DNA from: an uncultured virus (IMG/VR IMGVR_UViG_3300030099_001885)
Lineage: Duplodnaviria > Heunggongvirae > Uroviricota > Caudoviricetes
Length of the DNA stretch: 64,000 nt
IMG/VR virus record: IMGVR_UViG_3300030099_001885
Location: 1-64,000 of that record
Direction: 5' to 3' (one strand)
A model generated the notes under the pieces. It searched no databases, was not told the DNA's origin, and saw only the letters and a list, made by a program, of their open reading frames with translations. Shown here piece by piece: positions 48,378 through 58,057 of this stretch (position 1 is the stretch's first letter; the number at the start of each line of letters is the position of its first letter). Position numbers and translations under genes: made by a program.

Positions 48378-48899
48378 ATGGATCTAGATCTAATAAAGCA
48401 AGAAATTGAAAATTGGATATTTAATTATTTAGATATACCTTCTGCATTTTATATGGATAATAAGCCCTGTCCTTTTGCTGCTAAAGCATGGCGTGATAAA
48501 CAAGTCAATGTTTTATTAGGTGAGAAATCTACAGTTCGCCAACAGGTGTATAACTGGGATGATACTTATCAATTAGTAATTGTTGTATTTGATCCTGACA
48601 ATTGGTCTAATGCCGATTCTTGGGCAGAAAGGTACAACGAACGGATAGAAGAAAAGGATCTTTATGTTATGGTATTTGAACCGGGAGATGACGAACCGGA
48701 TGATCCTGAGTTAGATCCTGAAAAATATGGACAAGTTGTAGACTACGAGTTTGGAATGGCGCTTATTCAACGGCGTAAAGAACTAAATAAATTTTCTAAG
48801 TTTTTAGAACGTCAGAATTATTATGAAAATTGTTCTGATTATTTCATGAATTATGTCAACAAAAGGAGAATGACATGCCCGGAAGAGGAAAAGGAATGA
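48378..48899 (+). CDS. Hypothetical protein with a PCPFA motif (DUF1415-like)
   Basis: WIFNYL...PCPFA...LIQR..LN. Confidence 0.55.
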   Translation: MDLDLIKQEIENWIFNYLDIPSAFYMDNKPCPFAAKAWRDKQVNVLLGEKSTVRQQVYNWDDTYQLVIVVFDPDNWSNADSWAERYNERIEEKDLYVMVFEPGDDEPDDPELDPEKYGQVVDYEFGMALIQRRKELNKFSKFLERQNYYENCSDYFMNYVNKRRMTCPEEEKE

Positions 48900-48982
48900 A
48901 GAAGAAGGCCATGGGTAAGAAGAAGACCATGGGTAAGAAGAAGAACGGTATGAAGAAGACCGGAATGAGAAGAAAGGGATAA
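48875..48982 (+). CDS. Protamine-like micro-protein with MGKKK repeats, not in the ORF track
   Basis: AAGGAG RBS; MPGRGKGMKKKAMGKKKTMGKKKNGMKKTGMRRKG*, encoded by an 18-bp tandem repeat. Confidence 0.6.
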   Translation: MPGRGKGMKKKAMGKKKTMGKKKNGMKKTGMRRKG

Positions 48983-48986
48983 CTAA

Positions 48987-49442
48987 ATGACTAGCACCAT
49001 TTCATCTGCTACGCTTACGGTTACGCACACTGAAGCTCTTACGCTGAATGGTGTTGATCGTGGTGTTACTAATACCTTTACAGTGGGGTCTATCAATGAG
49101 GTAGATCACAGAATTATGACATGTTTACACAGTGGTCTACAGACAGTTGCCGTTCTCGGCACTGCTGTAGCCGCTGGTACTTACATTAAAACTGATGTTA
49201 AGTATATTCGATTAACAAATAAAGACGATACTAATTTTATTACTATTGGACTTCTAGATACGGGTGCGAAATCAGCGTATCTTAAACTAGAAGCTGGACA
49301 AACATTTACTTTCTACAATGATGATTTAGAATGTGATGATGATTCAGGTGCAGCTTTTAGTACATTTAATGAAATTGATACGATCAATGCACAAGCTGAT
49401 ACTGCTTCTTGTGATCTTGAAATATTTATTGCTAGTGCCTAA
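48987..49442 (+). CDS. Putative minor structural protein
   Basis: Thr-rich beta pattern, KYIRLTNKD, and a CDLEIFIAS C-terminus. Confidence 0.6.
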   Translation: MTSTISSATLTVTHTEALTLNGVDRGVTNTFTVGSINEVDHRIMTCLHSGLQTVAVLGTAVAAGTYIKTDVKYIRLTNKDDTNFITIGLLDTGAKSAYLKLEAGQTFTFYNDDLECDDDSGAAFSTFNEIDTINAQADTASCDLEIFIASA

Positions 49443-49454
49443 TAGGAGATTATT

Positions 49455-49583
49455 ATGGTAGATTTTATTATTGGATCATGGGGCTTTATCTTGTCCCATG
49501 TGTTAATGTTTGCAGCTGGTGCTTGGATGGGTAAGCCATTGTTTAGTTGGCTTAACGCTAAGTTACCATGGACTGCAAAGTAA
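49455..49583 (+). CDS. Small membrane protein (42 aa), not in the ORF track
   Basis: AGGAG RBS; MVDFIIGSWGFILSHVLMFAAGAWMGKPLFSWL... Confidence 0.55.
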   Translation: MVDFIIGSWGFILSHVLMFAAGAWMGKPLFSWLNAKLPWTAK

Positions 49584-49801
49584 TTCTGAAGGCGTGCGCG
49601 TGGCTCTGCCTTCTTGGGGGTTGTAAGACAACCTCTTTGTTTAAAGATAAGGAAGTTATTACAGAACCAGTATCCAGTATAGTACAACCACTCTCGACTA
49701 ATTACAGTTATTTAGGAGGTGGTTTTGTGGGTTTGGCTATACTTTGTTTAGGGTATCTATGGTTCTCAGAATACAAGAAGGCTGATGCCAAAGGAGATTA
49801 A
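49568..49801 (+). CDS. Lipoprotein with a C-terminal TM segment (unimolecular-spanin-like topology)
   Basis: LCLLGGC lipobox plus a C-terminal hydrophobic helix. Confidence 0.45.
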   Translation: MDCKVILKACAWLCLLGGCKTTSLFKDKEVITEPVSSIVQPLSTNYSYLGGGFVGLAILCLGYLWFSEYKKADAKGD

Positions 49802-49803
49802 TT

Positions 49804-50391
49804 ATGGCTTTAACTTATACGACACCAGCGAATATTGATTTTGATCCTGAAAGTGTAGATACAGTAATTACTAATACTTTTGCAACTGCAGCAAGCTCTA
49901 CATTTGCAAATAGTGCCGGTGGTTTTGCTACTGGAGCTGTTCAATTAGATGTTGCATTGACATACGATCAAGATTTTATTGCAACTGATACTGCACACCC
50001 TGACAGTGTTGCAGGAGATTTAACTGTGCAAGCAGTGTTTACTGAAGATGATGGTACTGTTACTAGAACTACTATTGCTAATGGTGCTTCTGCTACAACT
50101 ATTGGAACTCTTGGTTCTAGTGGTAATCATACTGTTGGTTTTGAAGTTACTGGTCTTGAAGAAGGCTGTGAACTAAGTATTATTTATAACATTGATAATA
50201 ATAGCGATACAAAAACTGGTAATATTACCGAAATTGGAGTTGAGTCAGTCAAAGGTTTAAATGACTGTGATTTCCAAGACGTTTTAAAATATCAACAACT
50301 TAATCAAAAATTAAACAATCGCTTTGATGCGGATACTAAAGAGTTTAGTAGCTTTAAAGATATGTTAAAGCGAATGAAAAAAGTTAAATAA
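49804..50391 (+). CDS. Putative structural protein
   Basis: AAGGAG RBS; Thr/Ala/Gly-rich beta pattern. Confidence 0.6.
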   Translation: MALTYTTPANIDFDPESVDTVITNTFATAASSTFANSAGGFATGAVQLDVALTYDQDFIATDTAHPDSVAGDLTVQAVFTEDDGTVTRTTIANGASATTIGTLGSSGNHTVGFEVTGLEEGCELSIIYNIDNNSDTKTGNITEIGVESVKGLNDCDFQDVLKYQQLNQKLNNRFDADTKEFSSFKDMLKRMKKVK

Positions 50392-50402
50392 GGAGACAGT
50401 TA

Positions 50403-51308
50403 ATGTCTGAAGAAACTACTGGTGAGACTCCGGCAACGGAACAATCTGCACCACAAGAATTCGTACAACCGGCAGATCAGAATGCTGCTAATGAGAGGGC
50501 TGCTTTTAAAACCTACGTCGAAAGTAATGGGCAACAGGTTCCTGAAAACTTTAAAGATGTAGATACATGGTTTGATTCACTAAAGAATGCTCAAGCTGAG
50601 TATACTAAAACTCGTCAAGAAATTGCTGAACTTAAAGATCAGTATGCCAAGACGGGTCAGATTGGTGAGCGATCACAACCAGTACAAGAAGAGCAACAAC
50701 CCGCCGAGGTTGTTCAGACTAGGGAAGATCTCAGAATTGAGAAGCCCGAGGAACCACCACAACTATCAATGAATGATCAGTGGGCAGCTTGGCAACAAGA
50801 ACTTGCTTTGAGTGGTGACTTTAGTGCCGATACTCGTGGTGCTATTAAGTCTGCTATGGGTGTCGATGACGCTGTAGTAGATACATTTATTGCTGGTCAG
50901 AAGGCTTTGCGAAAGGAAGCCTACGATTCTGCTGCTAATGTAGTAGGAGATCAGCAAACTTTAGATAATATCCTGTCATGGGCAGGAGAGTCTTTGAATG
51001 ATCAAGAGCGTGATGATCTTAACAGCATGCTTGCCGGTCCTTCGTATAAGACTGCCTTACTTGGTCTACAAGCCAGATACAACCAAGAACAGGCTAACAA
51101 GCCAAACCGGCGACAAGAACCAGCTCCGGTTCAGGGTAGAGAAAATGCAGCTATGGCACAGGACGCTGATGCTATTAAACCATTTTCTACTACACAAGAG
51201 ATGAACTTCTATATGAATAAACCAGAGTATAGAACGGATCCTGAATATAGAGCTCAGATTGAAGCTAGGCTTGTTAAAACTATGCAAGCTGGCGTGTTAA
51301 TTCGATAA
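50403..51308 (+). CDS. Capsid scaffolding protein (T7 gp9-like)
   Basis: Acidic N-terminus, VPENF, WAGESL and Y..DPEYRAQIEARL; directly before the capsid gene. Confidence 0.85.
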   Translation: MSEETTGETPATEQSAPQEFVQPADQNAANERAAFKTYVESNGQQVPENFKDVDTWFDSLKNAQAEYTKTRQEIAELKDQYAKTGQIGERSQPVQEEQQPAEVVQTREDLRIEKPEEPPQLSMNDQWAAWQQELALSGDFSADTRGAIKSAMGVDDAVVDTFIAGQKALRKEAYDSAANVVGDQQTLDNILSWAGESLNDQERDDLNSMLAGPSYKTALLGLQARYNQEQANKPNRRQEPAPVQGRENAAMAQDADAIKPFSTTQEMNFYMNKPEYRTDPEYRAQIEARLVKTMQAGVLIR

Positions 51309-51478
51309 TCATTGGACACGATATCGAATAAACAACATTAAAAGTACAGAACAATTAGGCTTACGAGTTGAAAAAGTATGTATGGATAATGTCTAGGGTT
51401 GACTCCACAAGGAACAATCAACACTATCTATAAATTTAGTCCATTTAATTTTTATGACACATTTATGGAGGTGTTATT

Positions 51479-52969
51479 ATGACTGCTGTAGGTCCTCTCG
51501 GCAATACCGATATGTCTTATCGTATCGACACAACTATGGGCGTTTCTGCCCAAAACCCCACTGACGGTGCGGGTCGTTTAGTTCTGCCCATTTGGGCGGG
51601 CGAGGTCATCAATGCGTATGACCAATATAATATTTTTGAAGCTATGGTCGATTCAAAGACCATTTCTAGTGGTACTACTATGGAATTCCCTGTTACGGGT
51701 TATGTAGATCTTAAGTCTACTTGGGAAGCTGGTGAAGAACTCACTGGTGGCACCAACAGTAAGGCTACCACTTTCCGTATTGCATTAGACAAGCGTCCAA
51801 TGGCTGCTCACTTTGAGTTAGACAATGTGGACCTTATGCTGACGCAATGGGAATTCCGATCAGAGCTTGCTCGTCAAGCTGGACGGACTCTGGCTGATGC
51901 CCGTGACCGTCAAATTGCTTCCTTCTTGTGCCGTGCTGCGGCTGAGAATGGCTTAGCTCAAGACCCGCGTGCTACCGACTGGTTCGGTGGTAGTGCTGTT
52001 GGTGGTCTTGGTGGCAAGATCTTCTGCAATAACAAGTTTGATAACTTGGGACTGTCGACTGCTACCGCTGCTAACAGAACCGACGCTGCTCTGAAGCTTC
52101 TTGAGAAGATTGAAGAGTTCCAAATCCGTCTGCAAGAGGTTGATGCCCCAACTGAGGGTGTCTTCTGTGCTGTGACCCCTCGTACCTTCCAAGACATTCG
52201 TGCTCTTGGTGTGGCTCGTGACAGCTCTGATCTTGCTGGTGGTGCTGGTCGACCATTCTTCGGCGGTGTAGCCGATGCTGGTGGTCTTGGTGCTGGTCTG
52301 CAACAAGGTATGTTCAATCTTGCTGATCGTCTTGAATATCAAGGCTGCACGATTGTCAAGACGAACCACCTTCCAACCACTAACTTGATGGCTAACAAGA
52401 TTGGTGAGAAGCGATATAACAGAAGTTTCCATGTGGTGCCTACTAAGGCTATCATCTGGCAACAAGCCTGTGTTGCTTCGCTCCGATTGACTGGCTTGAA
52501 GGTTGATCAAGTGGACGATATTCGTCGTAACACCGTGTTCACGGTTGCTTCGATGATGGGCGGTACTGGTGTGCTCAAGCCTGAGCATGCTGCTGTCTGC
52601 ATTGGTTCGTTTGCTCCTACCGCTCGCGGTAATGCAAATGATGTTATGTTCTCCGGTAAGGTTGATGGTACTATTCTTGAGTTTGGTGACTTTGAATATG
52701 ACGCAACCACTGGTGACTTGACTGCTTATGATACCGACCCTGATGGCGGTGGTTCGCCCTCTACTGATGTTACCGCTAACACGGATGCATTAGTTAGAGA
52801 CGCTTATCAAGCAGCTTTAGGTGCTGATACCCTCGATGCTAACGGAGATGGTACTGCCACTTCTGTTAGTGGTTACAGCACTGAAGGTGACTTCGTTAAG
52901 GAATACGTTGACGCTGCTAACATTGATAACTTCGGTGTTACTGGTCAAGATGACGGCCTTGGCGGATAA
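51479..52969 (+). CDS. Major capsid protein (T7 gp10-like) with an acidic C-terminal extension
   Basis: WAGEVINAY, KTISSG...FPVTG, RSELARQAGRTLA..RDRQI and GTGVLKPE; GGAGG RBS. Confidence 0.92.
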   Translation: MTAVGPLGNTDMSYRIDTTMGVSAQNPTDGAGRLVLPIWAGEVINAYDQYNIFEAMVDSKTISSGTTMEFPVTGYVDLKSTWEAGEELTGGTNSKATTFRIALDKRPMAAHFELDNVDLMLTQWEFRSELARQAGRTLADARDRQIASFLCRAAAENGLAQDPRATDWFGGSAVGGLGGKIFCNNKFDNLGLSTATAANRTDAALKLLEKIEEFQIRLQEVDAPTEGVFCAVTPRTFQDIRALGVARDSSDLAGGAGRPFFGGVADAGGLGAGLQQGMFNLADRLEYQGCTIVKTNHLPTTNLMANKIGEKRYNRSFHVVPTKAIIWQQACVASLRLTGLKVDQVDDIRRNTVFTVASMMGGTGVLKPEHAAVCIGSFAPTARGNANDVMFSGKVDGTILEFGDFEYDATTGDLTAYDTDPDGGGSPSTDVTANTDALVRDAYQAALGADTLDANGDGTATSVSGYSTEGDFVKEYVDAANIDNFGVTGQDDGLGG

Positions 52970-52988
52970 GACAATTAAATACACATTC

Positions 52989-53023
52989 GCCCGGAGCCCC
53001 CGAAAGGGGGCCTCGGGTCTTTT
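52989..53023 (+). terminator. T-phi-like terminator after the capsid gene
   Basis: GCCCGGAGCCCCC-GAAA-GGGGGCCTCGGGT followed by CTTTT. Confidence 0.8.
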
Positions 53024-53037
53024 AAAAGGAGGATACT

Positions 53038-53787
53038 ATGGGACTAATGAGTAAATTAGATGCTGTTAATGAAATGCTTTTTAATTCTGGTGAACAACTT
53101 GTTACCAGCCTTACCGATGATCTAAACACAGATGTTAACTTAGCAGTTTTTATCTTAGATCAAGCTACTTTAGAAGCACAGTTGCGGGGCATGGCAGTAA
53201 ATCGTAGACCTATTAAAGTATTCCCTTCTCGTACAGGTCCAACTGGTCATGCAGCTCGTCCTATTTCTGATGCTACTAAAGGTAGGGTGCAGCTATCTCC
53301 GTTTACAGATAATATGATTACTGGTTCCTTAATCTCTGCTCAGTTAATTACTGAATCTATAAGTGATGATCTTGATATTAGAATTACTACGGCTCCTAGA
53401 AGATTCGGTATTGAATCTAATGGAACAGATTACAATGTATTGTTTAATGTTACAGATAATACAGATGAGTTTGCTACTAGCGAAGAGCTAACTATTTCTA
53501 TTGTTGAATATATAGAGTTTAAAGACTTAGAAACTAGTGTACAGAAAGGTATTGCAGCATCAGCATCTAGGCAATATCAAATGTTTGTGCAAGGAGATAG
53601 AGATGTTGATCGGCTATTAGCAGAAAGAGCTGCTATGCTCACCGCTAAAGGTAGATCTGCAGATGCTAATGATAAAGCTAGAAATATCTTTGCATCTGGC
53701 GACAGTTCTTTGCGTAGAATTGTATCCCAAAGAGGTAACGCACACAATGATCCAAGTAGATTTAGATTCTGGAGATACACGACATGA
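53038..53787 (+). CDS. Tail tubular protein A (T7 gp11-like)
   Basis: SKLDAVNEML..GE and ASRQYQ..VQGD; position after the capsid gene. Confidence 0.85.
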   Translation: MGLMSKLDAVNEMLFNSGEQLVTSLTDDLNTDVNLAVFILDQATLEAQLRGMAVNRRPIKVFPSRTGPTGHAARPISDATKGRVQLSPFTDNMITGSLISAQLITESISDDLDIRITTAPRRFGIESNGTDYNVLFNVTDNTDEFATSEELTISIVEYIEFKDLETSVQKGIAASASRQYQMFVQGDRDVDRLLAERAAMLTAKGRSADANDKARNIFASGDSSLRRIVSQRGNAHNDPSRFRFWRYTT

Positions 53788-56700
53788 GCGTGCATCAAAA
53801 GATTGCAATTCCTACGTTATCCGGTGGGGTTGGGCGACAGGCTAGCAATAAACGTTTGCCTACGGAAGCTCAAGATTTAGATAATGTTTTAGTTACAACA
53901 GAAAGATCTATTGAAAAACGACCTCCTCTAGAATGGATTGCTGGGGGCGATATTATCTACAGCGATAACTCTACATTTGCACCCGGATCTTTATTGTTTA
54001 ATATCTTAGATGATGGAAGCAGATATGTTCCAAATCAAAACGATGATATCTTTTTTAAATGGATTTCTATTGATCAAGATAATAGATTTTTAATTGCAAT
54101 TAATTTTAGTTTAGCTTTAGGTGAAGACGGATTTACTGATGACATTAAAAAGAAATTTATTACGGTATGGAAATTAAATAAGTCAAGAAAAAGAATGGAC
54201 TTGCAAACATTCGATACTTCTTCTATTACTAGATCTCACTATAACTATTTAACAGCTAATCCAGATGGTGTAAAATCTTCAGAAGCTCTATCCTTTGCTT
54301 TATTTGGCACTGCTTTAATTGCATTAAATAACCAAGTATCAGCTGGATATAGAGAGGGAGCCGTAAAAACTGTTTTAAACGCTTATACAACTATTAGTCA
54401 TGACCCTTCGTTGGATAGCAGTAACTATACATTTACAATTAGATCTAATTTAGATAATGGTATCTTTGATTCTTTTACCCTGCAAGATCAATCTACTGTT
54501 CCTCAAGATGTTAATACAACTCATCAAGGTTTTCCTTTTAATGATTTTTATACAGGTGGTATACAACCTGAAACATTTATTTTAAATTTATATACTGATT
54601 CGTTAAGAACTAGTTTACAGGGCGTATATAAGTTAATTAACTTTAAAGAGCCAACAGATAAGTTTAAATTAAAACGAGATGATTTAGAGTTAGTTTCAGG
54701 TACTTTCCCTACATCAGAAGCTAATTTTTTCTGGGAGGTTGTTACTCGTGTTCCTGATGTTAGAGGAAAGGGTATACAATATAGAGTATCTGCACTTCCT
54801 GATACTAAAAATCTTGTGCCTATTTCAGAAACCACGTTGCTCTCGTCTTTAGATGTAAATCCTACTACTAAACTATTTGATGGTGATCAAGCTATTCCCA
54901 GAATGCAGTTAGTTAATAACTTTACAGGAGATACTTTGGCTGGTAATGCTAAAGATCCTAGCACTGCTGCTGCTAATGATACTTACTTTGCTGACAAGTT
55001 TTTTATTAGCCGTGGTTCTGTGCAGTATGCCGTAGAGTTAAATGAGTTTGATACTACTTTAAGTGCAGGCGATGTAGCCTTACAACCAATTCCTGCAGGT
55101 GCTAGTAATCGAGCTATAGGTTTATCTGATTTAAAAGTTACTCAAAAACTTAGACCTTTAACTGCCTTTACTATTGCTAATGATAGCACTAATGGTATGG
55201 GATCTAATGGTAGCGGAACAATTAATGATGCTGGTGTAATTGTTACTGCGGATGGTGCCTCTGCCGTAGATGAAACTAAAACTATTGCGGATTTAAAAAA
55301 TCTAATTGAAAACTCTGGTGCTGATGCTACCATTAAAATTGACAGTAGTACTAATCGTCTTTCTATTGTAGATGATAGCCAAGAAAATCTTGTCTTGTTA
55401 GCTACTGGCGAAAACTTTAACAGCAATCAACAGGGCAATCAAAACTTTGTAGAATCTTTGGGTTTAGGGAATAGTAATTCTAAAGCTTTGCGTACAATCA
55501 ACAAAGATAAAGATATTTTTAATGATTTATTTAATGAAGATGGTACTAAATTAATTCCTAATACTGGCTATGTAAATAATATTCGTCTTTTTACAAGACA
55601 GGTTAGCCCCATGTTGGGTACATTTGTTGACACATCTTCTTATAAAATTAATCTAGCTACTCCAGATAGAATTTTAAATTTAGCTACACTAAATGATTTG
55701 GCAAGATTTATTAGTGACGATACAAAAGATAATACCGATGATGAGCGGGGTGTGTATGCTCTTTGTTATGCTGATAATAACTTAGATGTTTTAGATTCTA
55801 CTAATAACTCAGACGAAAGTGTTGGGCTTCAGGTTTTAACATTTAAAGATTCAACAGGTAAAGAACCTACTGATGAAGGTTTTGATGCAAAGAAAAGAAC
55901 TACAGTTTTTGTAGAAGATATTGCTAATACTGTTACTGCAGATCAAGCAACTCAAGAGGTTCCTTCTGCAAACTTTGCTGCTCTGCTAGGTATTCGTAAT
56001 TTAACTCGCGATCATAAGCTTGTTGTAGAAGATAAGAACTTTAATATTTCACAACAAACAGACTTAGGTCAATCTGTTGTATCATTTCAAAATGTTCCTA
56101 TTCCTACAGAAGAAAACGATACTATTAAAGTAAATAATGCAGAAGATACTTTATTTTCTTTGTATGAAAATGGTTCTTTGCCCACCAATGCTACGTTTTC
56201 TAGTTTGGGTAGAGGCAAGGTTTATGAGTGCCGTGAACGATTCTTTGATTTTACACCCGGATTCTACCGTGCAGTAAGAGAGCCTGACAGAGGCAATCCA
56301 TACTATGAAAAGGTGAGAGCAGAATCACGATATTCTGTATGGGATGCGAACACATTACCCATTGTTATTGATTTTGACTCTGCTAATCAATCATGGAAGT
56401 TGCGTACACCCTCATGGCAACCAAGATTATCAGGAGATTTAACTAGTAATCCGGGTCCATCGCCCTTTATTGATAGCACTGATACTAATAATCGGATTCG
56501 GCGGCGTATTACTGCTATTACTACATGGAGAAATAGACTATGGTTTGCTATTGATGATACTATTTTCTCTTCAGAGTTTGGTAACTTCTTTAATCTGTTC
56601 TTAACAGACCCCGGAACTATTGTAGATAGTGATGTAATTGATGTTAGGTCTTCTATTGACAAAGTATCTAAGATTAATAACATGATTTCTTTCTATGACT

Positions 56701-58046
56701 TCTTGTTTATTAACACAGATAATGATGTACAGTTTGAATTACAGGGATCTGAAAATCAAATCACTCCGTTTACAGCAGAGTTGTCGCCTACTACGTTTTA
56801 CTCAACTGATCCTATTGCTAAACCGCAGTTGTTAGGTTCTCAAATTTACTTTTTTGCCCCACAAAAAGTATACTTGTATTACTCTACAGCAAATAAAAAT
56901 GTAATTACGCAGGCAATAGAAACTTCTGCTCATTGTGGAGGATATCTTCCGACTAACTATGGGTCTATTACTAGAGCACCAGCTCAAGATCTTATTGCTA
57001 TGGTAGATGCTGATGCACCAAACAATTTGTATTTTTATGTAAACAAATTTACGGGAGACAAGATTCAACAAAATGCTCTGTATAGATATATCTTTGATGA
57101 AAACCTGCAGGTTGATGCTATGGAATCATTTGATAACTTTATTTATATGGTAGCCACTAGACCGTACACAGACCAAGATGGCAATGTTACTCGGCAGTTC
57201 TTTATACATAGGACATTCTTAGAAGAAGCCGATATTAATCAGCCTCGATTAGACAATCTTATGCTTGTTGCACCTGATGGTACAGGAGATGATGCTACAA
57301 TTAGCTATGATGCAGCTACTAATAAGACTACATTTATTTTACCTATGCAAGATCCTAATATAGATACTGCGGTGTTTAGTGAAAACTTGTTTAGAGAAAG
57401 TGGAAATAATAATGTACAGTTCCAAAGTCCCGAAGTTACTGTATCAGAGTTAACTCCGGGTCAAAGAACCAGAGTTATTATAGATGGTAACTTTAATGAT
57501 GTAGTGACTACCATTGATAATCAAGGCAGCATTAATGATGAAATTGTAATTCAAGAAACCCAAGGTTTAATTAATGATAATTTTATAGGAAGTTCTGAAG
57601 ATCAGGGTTTCTTGCTGGCTCCTATTGATGGCGGTAGTGTAGGTGTTTTATTTGGTTCTAAATATGATATGAATGTTGAGTTATCTACTCAATTTATTAG
57701 AGATAATGAAATGAATGCTGTAGATGGTGTATTAAATCTAAGGACTATTTCTACTAGATATTCTGATACCGGAATATATAGCATTAAAGTTCAAAGAAAA
57801 GGCGAAGAAAACTTTGCCAGTATTACTACAAAAAGAAATCCTTTCTACAAAAATGTTCTTAATAGTAAAACAACCCTAGATCAGGTTGTTCCCATTGATG
57901 CAGAGGGAGAGTTTATTGCTAAAGTGTTTGGTGATTCTGAACGTATGAAGGTATTTATTACAAGTGATCACTATACTCCATGCAATATTACGCATATTGA
58001 ATTTAAAGGTGTCTTCAAACAGACCTACAGATCGGGTCAAAACTAA
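53784..58046 (+). CDS. Tail tubular protein B (T7 gp12-like), enlarged
   Basis: IPTLSGGVGRQ, IEKRPP, W..RLSGD..SNPGPSF, WRNRLWF and DGVLNLR; 1420 aa. Confidence 0.9.
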   Translation: MSVHQKIAIPTLSGGVGRQASNKRLPTEAQDLDNVLVTTERSIEKRPPLEWIAGGDIIYSDNSTFAPGSLLFNILDDGSRYVPNQNDDIFFKWISIDQDNRFLIAINFSLALGEDGFTDDIKKKFITVWKLNKSRKRMDLQTFDTSSITRSHYNYLTANPDGVKSSEALSFALFGTALIALNNQVSAGYREGAVKTVLNAYTTISHDPSLDSSNYTFTIRSNLDNGIFDSFTLQDQSTVPQDVNTTHQGFPFNDFYTGGIQPETFILNLYTDSLRTSLQGVYKLINFKEPTDKFKLKRDDLELVSGTFPTSEANFFWEVVTRVPDVRGKGIQYRVSALPDTKNLVPISETTLLSSLDVNPTTKLFDGDQAIPRMQLVNNFTGDTLAGNAKDPSTAAANDTYFADKFFISRGSVQYAVELNEFDTTLSAGDVALQPIPAGASNRAIGLSDLKVTQKLRPLTAFTIANDSTNGMGSNGSGTINDAGVIVTADGASAVDETKTIADLKNLIENSGADATIKIDSSTNRLSIVDDSQENLVLLATGENFNSNQQGNQNFVESLGLGNSNSKALRTINKDKDIFNDLFNEDGTKLIPNTGYVNNIRLFTRQVSPMLGTFVDTSSYKINLATPDRILNLATLNDLARFISDDTKDNTDDERGVYALCYADNNLDVLDSTNNSDESVGLQVLTFKDSTGKEPTDEGFDAKKRTTVFVEDIANTVTADQATQEVPSANFAALLGIRNLTRDHKLVVEDKNFNISQQTDLGQSVVSFQNVPIPTEENDTIKVNNAEDTLFSLYENGSLPTNATFSSLGRGKVYECRERFFDFTPGFYRAVREPDRGNPYYEKVRAESRYSVWDANTLPIVIDFDSANQSWKLRTPSWQPRLSGDLTSNPGPSPFIDSTDTNNRIRRRITAITTWRNRLWFAIDDTIFSSEFGNFFNLFLTDPGTIVDSDVIDVRSSIDKVSKINNMISFYDFLFINTDNDVQFELQGSENQITPFTAELSPTTFYSTDPIAKPQLLGSQIYFFAPQKVYLYYSTANKNVITQAIETSAHCGGYLPTNYGSITRAPAQDLIAMVDADAPNNLYFYVNKFTGDKIQQNALYRYIFDENLQVDAMESFDNFIYMVATRPYTDQDGNVTRQFFIHRTFLEEADINQPRLDNLMLVAPDGTGDDATISYDAATNKTTFILPMQDPNIDTAVFSENLFRESGNNNVQFQSPEVTVSELTPGQRTRVIIDGNFNDVVTTIDNQGSINDEIVIQETQGLINDNFIGSSEDQGFLLAPIDGGSVGVLFGSKYDMNVELSTQFIRDNEMNAVDGVLNLRTISTRYSDTGIYSIKVQRKGEENFASITTKRNPFYKNVLNSKTTLDQVVPIDAEGEFIAKVFGDSERMKVFITSDHYTPCNITHIEFKGVFKQTYRSGQN

Positions 58047-58057
58047 GGAGTTAATAT

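Noticed and set aside
18009..52588. Long minus-strand ORFs (18009..18695, 22388..23074, 28162..28887, 35186..35746, 51953..52588 and others)
   Set aside because: They lie antisense to well-supported + strand genes and have no recognisable motifs; they are codon-bias shadows.
29225..53040. Canonical T7/T3/SP6 23-bp promoter consensus
   Set aside because: I could not find a repeated match by eye in the intergenic regions; a motif search is needed.
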